DNA of 64,000 nucleotides from Amoebidium appalachense (lineage: Eukaryota; Protista; Ichthyosporea): the NCBI GenBank assembly GCA_963693365.1, contig CAVNZM010000010.1, forward strand, positions 124,001-188,000, written 5' to 3'. The notes beneath the pieces are model-generated. The model was not told the origin of the DNA. It did not search any database and was given only the letters and a program-made list of their open reading frames with translations. A program made the translations under genes and the position numbers. Shown here piece after piece: positions 52,824-64,000 of the stretch. Positions within the stretch are counted from its first letter, which is position 1; each line of letters begins with the position of its first letter.

Positions 52824-53075
52824 CCCCCCTCCCCCCTTCTCCCCCCGGCCCCATTTCCTGCCCTCGAGCCGCTCTTTCCATCACCATACCTGCACACATC
52901 CACACGCAATTTATTAGGAGATGCACAAACTAGGATGCATAATCTTTGTGGTTTAGCCTATGCCGAATTTGCACTGTGCTGTGCTTCGTGAAGAGTTAAA
53001 AACAGCATGCAAGCTCGGGCACGAAACATGCAACACCCACATACAGGCATCGACACACATACATATGTGCATGCA

Positions 53076-53155
<80 letters not shown>

Positions 53156-53682
53156 GCGCGCGCGCGCGCGCGCGCGCGCGCATGCACGCACACACCTAAA
53201 ACAAGAAAGGGCCTGGGGCGCCGGGGGGGGGGGGACGGATAGCTGCCTGCCTGTGCAATTGCAACGGAGTAGACATTCATCTTTACTTTTGAACACAGTA
53301 GTACATCTTTATCTGTGCATCAACTGTATCTAGGAGGCCTTAGTATCAACACACCCCATATATATATAATCCAGCTTTTTAGTTGTTTTATCATATAGAA
53401 ACTTTCTTTTTGCGCGCCAAAAAGCCACCCGAATTTCTATATCTGGCTAATCGGAGCCATTGGTCACACGAATTTTTTTGAGATTGCGATATACTATATA
53501 CCGAGTTCATGGGCAAAAAAAATTGTATCACACATTACGGTCATTTTTATATTATGTATGGAACTCCAAACATTCATGCAGGTCTGCTTTAAATCTTTCA
53601 CATGCATACATGCACAACATAGATATCTATACACATCACCTACATACATAAACCACGTGGCATACCATCTAGCGTGTTCCAT

Positions 53683-54775
53683 TTATGGTGTGCATATGAC
53701 ATAATCATCATAAATAGCGTCGACATTATCCCCTGGGGCCCAATCAGAACTCATCCCTCCGAAAAATGTCGTCCACAAAAACGTATCAATCGCAATGTCC
53801 TTAGTCATACGAAACAGCATTTGATTGGTTGAATACGCTTTATTCCCGTCCAACCACGTCTCGAGAATTCCGTCTGAAACTCCGGGGGTGTTCATTTTCA
53901 CGCGCATTGTCACATGGTGTAAAGCCCCAGGGATGAATTTCGCATTGAACGGAAAGTTATCTCCGCTCATATTATCCACCTGTCCGGCGTGATATGCGTA
54001 ATTTGTTGGTACCCCCCCTGGCCGCCATGAAATTGTGTTTGTCCACCCGTCATATCCCGTCGGTTTTCCATTTGCCGTGGGGCATGTCCCCCCACACAAT
54101 GTGGCCGGAAGTTTACCCCCCTTAACCCACACAAAATCCAGGGAAAATCCAACATGGAAAGACAAGTAAGCCTCCTCTACGGGGCCAAATTTCAGGGGGG
54201 TTTTCCATCTGCCCGTGCATTTTCCACCCGCACAGCCCTTACGATAGATGACCTGCATGGCTGTGCCTCCATGGGGATCCTGTAAAAACCCCCCCTTTAG
54301 TACTCTCCCAGGGTGAGGACGCCGGGGGTAGGAGGGGGAGAGGGGGGGGGGGGGGGTATGCATTGCAGAGTTGAAATTATGGTGTGTGGAGATAAAAAAA
54401 AAGAACAAACCGCAAATAGACCCCCCGTAAATCTGATATATTACTTTGCAGGCTGGGGGGAAAAGGAAGCAGAAAGACACGTGAACAAACCCCACCTTTG
54501 GTGGGATTCACATGCCTCCACATAAAAAACGGGTTCGACTCCTTTACCTCTCGTGCAAGGAAAGAGAGGGGGGAAAGGGGTTAGCAGTAAATAGCGCGTA
54601 ATCCCCATGCAATATGTGATGGCTTTGTACACACGTTTCCCCCCCGCAACCATACCTCACTGAATGTTTCTTTGTTATCCCCCTCACACAGGAAGAAAAG
54701 AGAGGTCGAGTTGGGGTAGGGGTCTGATGATTTGTGTCATTAATTCGACGAGAGGGAGGAAGGGGGAAGGGGGGG

Positions 54776-54813
<38 letters not shown>

Positions 54814-55280
54814 CTGAAGGGGTGTACGCACCAAGACCATTTTGTTGTTGCTGAAGTTGCCCTGTGGAGCCACCATACTGCCAAAGTCATCCAGAGCCAT
54901 CTCACTGCTGTAGGCCATGCCGTTGGGTTCGTGGTTGTCGAAATCAACAGACACAGCTACACGCATGCCTGCTGGGCATACATCTGTAGGGGTAAAGAGT
55001 GGAGAATGGGGGGGGGGGGGGGGGGGGGGGGGTGAGGGAGGGGTGAGAGGGAGGTGGAAGGGGAAGGGGAAGGAGGGGAGGGGGAACGGGGTGAGGGGGG
55101 GGTGAGAGGGAGGGGAAGGGGAAAGGGAGGGGAGAGGAGAGGGAGACGGCAGGTGAGAGAGACCACACACGTTGCATGGGGAGAGGATGGTGGTAAGGAA
55201 GGAGAGTGGGAGGGAAGTAGGGATAGGAAAATAAGGGTTGGTGGTGGTGGTGTGTGTGTTTCAGGGGGGAAGGGGGGGAA

Positions 55281-55327
<47 letters not shown>

Positions 55328-55765
55328 TGTGTGGGAGGGTTACTGTGGTGCACACAGAATACGTGTATAAATATAACTCGATTACGATGCAGTTGGGCGT
55401 ATAAAAAAAATTGCTTGGGTGGCGGGGGGAGGGAGGGAGAAGGTGGGGTGAGGGTGGGAGTCGGTGGATGGGTGGGTGGTTGGGTAGGGGAGAGGGGGGA
55501 GGGGAAGAGGGGGCGAGGGGGGGGGGGGGGGAGAGGGCCGGGGGCCCCCCTCTCCCCCCCCTCACCCCCACCCCACTCCACCCCGCCCCGAGTGCACGCA
55601 CATACTATAGATGAACTAGATCCAAACGACACACAAAACAAAAACATTGTGCTCGATAACCAAAACCAATCACCAAAGCAATCACCACAGCAATTTCATA
55701 ATCACTGAGAACGGCACAACCCATCTTTAACACATCCACCCCCTCCCCCTGCTTCCGCCCTCTCC

Positions 55766-55799
<34 letters not shown>

Positions 55800-56391
55800 T
55801 TCCCCCACACTGCTTCCTCACCTCCCAGGAAAGGGCGCCCCAAAACACACACACACACACACGCACACACACACACACACACACAGGCACGTGGCACTTA
55901 CCCACACAACGACATAGGTTGCACGTGCACTCTTTTCCACCCTCCCCACACGTGTTCCTGCACCACGCATCCGTGACGTTCGCACGTGGCCACGCCGCAT
56001 ACCTCTGATCATCCTCACACTTTCTCACCCCTTGAAGACACGTGCTCTCTGTGTAGTCTGAACGTGGCGCGCACGCACACACTGATGATAGGTTTCCAGA
56101 GACACAAGGGTACGTGCTTGTGTTTGTAATGCAGTTGCTTTGGCAGAAAACATCTGTGAACTTATTCCCAGCATTTGGCCGGGCTTTATACACCTCACTA
56201 GGACACACAGACGATTCATTCACTGAAGGTTCACTCCCTCCTTGCTTCAAAAAATAAATCGCAACCCCTGCCCCCCCGGCAACCACCAGCAAGAAAACTA
56301 CTATTGCTATGATCTGCCGCTGTTTGCGCTTTCTCTTCTTTTCCTCGTGGTTCATAAGAGCCACATCGGAGGAGTTTTGAGGCGTTAGCAT
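53683..56391 (-). CDS. Type II membrane-anchored polysaccharide lyase family 14-like protein (alginate/glucuronan lyase fold) with Cys-rich stalk
   Basis: Exons 56391-55902, 54983-54832, a possible 27-nt microexon 54682-54656, and 54279-53683 join in phase. The N-terminus has a basic patch and TM helix (KKRKRKQRQIIAIVVFLLVVAGGAGVAIYFL) and two Cys-rich modules. Then come AYLSFHVGFSLDFVWVKGGKLP, VKMNTPGVSDGILETWLDG and TTFFGGMSSDW, as in PL14 enzymes (F.FVKGGKLPG, TFFGG..W). Confidence 0.85.
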
Positions 56392-57389
56392 CTTGCCTCG
56401 GGAAAGGACAACATGAAGTAAAAAACAAAAAAGATTGAGCTACGGTGTAGGTAGAAACCTGCTAAAAGTTTCCAAAGCTATTATTATTGCAAAGAAGATT
56501 TATAACGAATGAGTTGAATGAGTCTCGATGTTAAATGTTTACAAGTTTCAAGTAGACGACCTTCTGCAAGCCATCAGCGTAGTATATTAGCTACCTTTCG
56601 TTTTAAGTCTCCTCCTTCATACTTTGAAAACTGAGGCCGTCTTTTTTATGTTTTTTTGTGATCCCACTGGGGGAGTCTCCCAAAACTCCATGATGATGTG
56701 GGTCGTGTCGCTCCACCGCATCAGCAAGGCACGGAGCTGCATCATGCGATTTGTCTTTTTTATTTCCTTTTTTTTTTTTTAAATCATACTATAGAACTTA
56801 TTGGTTTATACAGATTTTCCTTCAGTGTCTAGGAGCCCTATACATTTATTTTATTTTTATTATTATTTTTTTTGCGTCACAACTTGTGTATAATGATGAA
56901 CCGGAGTTAGCCAATCAAAGACCAATATGGTAATTCGGAGATCCAGAAAAATACCGAAACACATAGGAAAACCTTAATGAAAAGTGGCCGTAAGTGGGGT
57001 TATTATTTTTCTTTTGACTGGTTATTGAAACTACAAAATTGGGGTTCATTTTTTTAGTGTGACAAAAAACCGGTTTTTAATGCGTTTTCTGAATGGTTGG
57101 GTTTGGGGAGTAACGATTGACTGTGCACACGTATCTGCTAGGCAGCGTTACAGCGCAATAATGGCACAAAGTCAAAGCAAGGATATATAGGAAAAACCCT
57201 ATAACTCATACTGGCGCTCGTTTCTTTGTGCTCCTTCATACAGCACTCTGAAAAGTTCGGAAATATTTGCTCACGCCATGGGCGTCATAGTTTAGTGGGA
57301 ATGTCGATCTGGTGACAGCCTCTTGTTTGGCTGTGACGGCACCACGCCGGATCCCCTCGACTCCCAATTGGGGGGTGGCGTAGGTCTCA

Positions 57390-59035
57390 TTTTTTGAATA
57401 TTTTTTTATATAATGACTTTATTGATATACTGAGCAAAATAGAAGCCATGGAGATATCACCGATATCTCGGAGAAGAAAATACAAAAGCCCTCACTCTCG
57501 GATACGGAGGACATAACGACTTAATTAAATAATCATACACCCTAGAAAACTCGTTAAACATACCGTGGTTCAACAAATAGTCAATAGACGTAATATCAGG
57601 ATTATCTAAATAAGCCAGTCTTCTAATTTCTAACGGAATAATCTGAGATAAATAAATACATCTATCTAAGTGTTTACGAGAAAAAGGTTCTGCACAAAAG
57701 TGGCACAAACATTTATGGAAACAAAGGTTACAGCGCCAAAATAAACATTTCCAAGCTATATCACAAGGAGGGGTTAGAATTGCAAAATCGTTAAGCGTGG
57801 TAGGTTTACGAGAGGAAGGAAAATATAAGTTGCTAATTTACACAACGATTGTAAAGAAAATAGACGAGTCTCTAATATAAAAAGAAGCACAGGCTCAAGA
57901 GCCCTACCATGATACTCTTTATCACAACGATGAAGCAAAGGATATTGAGTATGAAACCAAGAAACATACTGCTGATAACTAGTAGAAGAGAAAAATAAAG
58001 GAGATAAGTATTTAAAAGGATATCTCGGAATGAGAGGTGATTGGGGATAGGACATTTCGCACGAACATTAGAAATGCCGGGAACAGGTGCTAAAGAAGGA
58101 AAGAATTGCAACAAAGGGTGATAAGAAGGAAGCCTAACCAAATGAAAACAAAAGCGAAGTCCGAATTCATTCATACGTGGCGCGCCAGAGGGAGACCAAA
58201 AACACTCAGCAAGGGAGCCGCCAAAGGATGCCTACGCGAGGTTCGAGAAATAAACTGGATGAATTCACGCTGAAAGGAATCGAATTCCCGAAGAGCCACG
58301 CGCTGTTGCCGTGGAGGGGCACACAAGAGTAACGGAAGGCCATGTTCGAAACGTGGACGAAGAAAAACTTTATAAAGAGTGAGCAAATTGGCAGGATGAA
58401 TATTAGAGATATTTGCGAATATTCCTTGATAGATATGTAAGCGACCACGCGCACGAGAAATGCGCGAAGTCAAATGGCGCTCAAACCAGATACCCTTAGA
58501 GGTGAAAGGAATACCTAAATAGTCATAGGAGGACACGATTGGGATAGGTTGATTGTTCATAGTGTACTGTGCATTGGAAGAAAAGGTGCCGCATTTATCA
58601 TTTATCCCAATTTTCATCTACTCGAAAAGCATGTTATTCATGATAGAAGGATCGTGAGTGACTAAGACAATGTCATCAGCGAAAAAAGGCCGGAGACACA
58701 AGAGTCGCCGGCAACTGGAAATTGTTGAATTTCTACCGCTAAGTCGTCAATAAAGACATCAAAGAGAAGGGGACTCAAAAGTGAGCCCTGTAAAGGGCCT
58801 CGAGTACGATTGAATCCGTTACTCAGTACCCCATTCACAACGGCAGCACCATGGGTGCGGCCAAATAACGCCTGAAGTAGCCGACCAAAGGGAAGAGGTA
58901 GCCCTCGAGAGGCCAACTTGTGCCACAGCAAATTCGTTGGAACCGTGTCATAGGCATTCTTAAGGTCGATAAAGCATACCTCGTGACATCCAGAACGAAT
59001 AGTGTCGTGTAATAGAAGAGCATGAGTATAGCATT
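57390..59035 (-). mobile_element. Decayed, 5'-truncated non-LTR retrotransposon (LINE) ORF2: reverse transcriptase plus C-terminal Cys/His knuckle
   Basis: Fragments 59035-58662 (FIDLKNAYDTV, GPLQGSLLSPLLFDVFIDDL, frameshifted FADD), 58617-58171 (YDYLGIPF, LYKVFLRPRFEHGL) and 57708-57457 (CHFCAEPFSRKHLDRC), with several frameshifts. Ends are approximate. Confidence 0.88.
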
Positions 59036-59826
59036 TTTTTAATAAACTTTTTATAATGACTTCATTGATATTTGATTTTCTGTAGTGGTAGTTTTTTCGG
59101 TTATCCAAGCCATCATTTGCTCCGTGTCATACAATGGTGTTTTATTGTTTGCTGTATGTTCATGGGCTACATAATTGAAATGGCCGTGATGATTGGGTAA
59201 GATATCATAGTATATCTCAAACCACTTAAAAAAAACTATCTATGATATAAAAACGGTACATAAATGCTCAATAAGGTATATGGTAAGGAAACCCTAATAC
59301 ATTTCAGCTTTTGAATGTTTATTTGGCAAGGATAAAACCAGCAACAAAAATGTCCAAACTGATAATAATAAGACTTCGTTGCATGCGTTTGTAGTTTGGA
59401 CCATTTTTTTTTTGTTATGCCTACATGCGCGCTTCTCCAGGGAGGGGAGGGGGGGGGGGGGGGGGGGGGGAGGAGATCAGTTAAAGTTTTCTTTATTTAG
59501 TTTCCACATAAGGCTACTGTATACATCAGGAATAGAACAGTAATATGTCGTATGAGGAGCAGCGGTTCGTGTGATATTCTCAATTGTATACTTGCAGCGG
59601 TATATACAAATTTCCTACATTATGTGCGTAGATTAACTTTCAACACACGCTTCCACTATATTTAGCATTCGCTTGCCCACCATTCTGAGCATATATAAAA
59701 GGTTGTGCCCTCCCCACCTCCTCACCCACCTCCCGGCCCTCCCCCTCAGCCCTCACGCAACGCACGCACACAGAGGCACGCACGCACACCCACACACCCA
59801 CACACCCACACACTAACACGCACACA

Positions 59827-63009
<3,183 letters not shown>

Positions 63010-63020
63010 CTAAATGCGTA

Positions 63021-63063
<43 letters not shown>

Positions 63064-63504
63064 CTGTTTTGTTTTTTTGGAGGGGGGGGAAAGAGGGGGG
63101 GGGGGGGGGGGGGGGAAGGGGGGGAGGGAGGTGGGGGGGAGGGGGGAGGGGGGAGGGGGGAGGGGAAAAGGTGGGAACGGGGTAATGGAAAAGGGGACGG
63201 GGGAAAGAGGGGTGTTAGAGTGCTGAGGTAGGTGGGAGCGGGAGAAGAAGAGAGTCAAACATCGTTGCACTTGGAACCACTTCATGCAAAAAAGTGAAAG
63301 CACACATACACACGCGCATGCGCGCGTGCGCGCACGGACACGTACAAAAACACCGGCGCAGAGAAAGGGAAGGGTATTTGGCGCGGGGTGGGTGGCGGTG
63401 GGGGGGGAGGGAAGTTGGTGAGAGAGGTAGTGTGAGGGGGGGGGGTGGAGGAAGCGGGAGACGGAAGAAGGGGAAGAGAGAGTAAGAGAGTGTGCGTGTT
63501 GGGG

Positions 63505-63538
<34 letters not shown>

Positions 63539-64000
63539 CGCAGGGTGGAACTCGGTGGGGTTGATGGAGATAGAGAGGGAGAGAGAGAGAGCGAGAGCGA
63601 GAAAGAGAGAGGGGACGAGGGGGGGGGGGGGGGGGGGGGCGCGAGAGAGGGAAAGAGAGAGAGAAAAAGAGAAAGAGGGGGGGCGAGGGAGAAAGTGAGC
63701 GAAAGAGAGACAGAGAGAGGCAGAGATAAAAAGAGAGAGAGCTTGTGTGTGTACACGTTTGTGTGTGGGGGGGAGGGGAAGGAGGGAGGGAGGGGGGGGG
63801 GCGGATGTGTGTGTGTGGGTGTGTGGGTGTGTGGGTGTGTGTGTGTGTGCGCGCGCGCGCGTGTGTGCGTTTCTTTACATACGTTTGTGTGTGCGTGCTT
63901 TTACATGTGCCTGTACATGTGGGTGTGTGGTGTATTTTAAAGTTTCTCATAGAATTGAGTGTGCCCGATGACATTGTGTGATCGAAAATTTTTGTCTGTG

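Noticed and set aside
56689-56762. Small hairpin RNA or C/D snoRNA (CATGATG...GCTCC/GGAGC...CATCATG plus T run)
   Set aside because: The stems are short enough to arise by chance and no terminal CTGA D box follows the TGATGA.
57390-59035. The decayed LINE as the autonomous partner of the poly(C) element
   Set aside because: Its 3' region has ATATTCAAAAAAA but no GTACTTCGTAC hairpin, no CCTGAGGATGGGCTC block and no adjoining C run. No shared tail is visible.

Overview
This is eukaryotic genomic DNA that looks opisthokont. A unicellular holozoan such as an ichthyosporean is my guess, and the window cannot prove it. The long introns are packed with poly(C)/poly(G) tracts and (CA)n/(GT)n microsatellites, so almost all ORFs in the supplied track are repeat artefacts. 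Manual exon stitching gives six genes. (1) A complete 15-exon mitochondrial dihydroorotate dehydrogenase (2814-18755, +) with two GC-AG introns. (2) A complete 13-exon CaMKI-like kinase fused to a C-terminal CBM20 starch/glycogen-binding module (21778-33264, +). (3) An intronless Chk1/CAMKL-like kinase (35527-36528, -). (4) A proteinase-K-like subtilase lacking the exon(s) with the catalytic Ser (about 45632-51926, +). (5) A membrane-anchored PL14-like polysaccharide lyase (53683-56391, -). (6) The 3' part of an unknown AT-hook protein gene (59827-63009, -). There is also a piggyBac-like transposase remnant and a decayed LINE. The most striking unexplained signal is a family of at least 11 non-coding, 5'-truncated repeats. 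They share a fixed 3' end (...GTACTTCGTAC...GCATTCAAA) and sit at or inside poly(C) tracts, which suggests a poly(C)-targeted non-LTR retroelement system with a conserved structured RNA tail. A roughly 285-nt multi-helix candidate RNA lies at 44709-44992.
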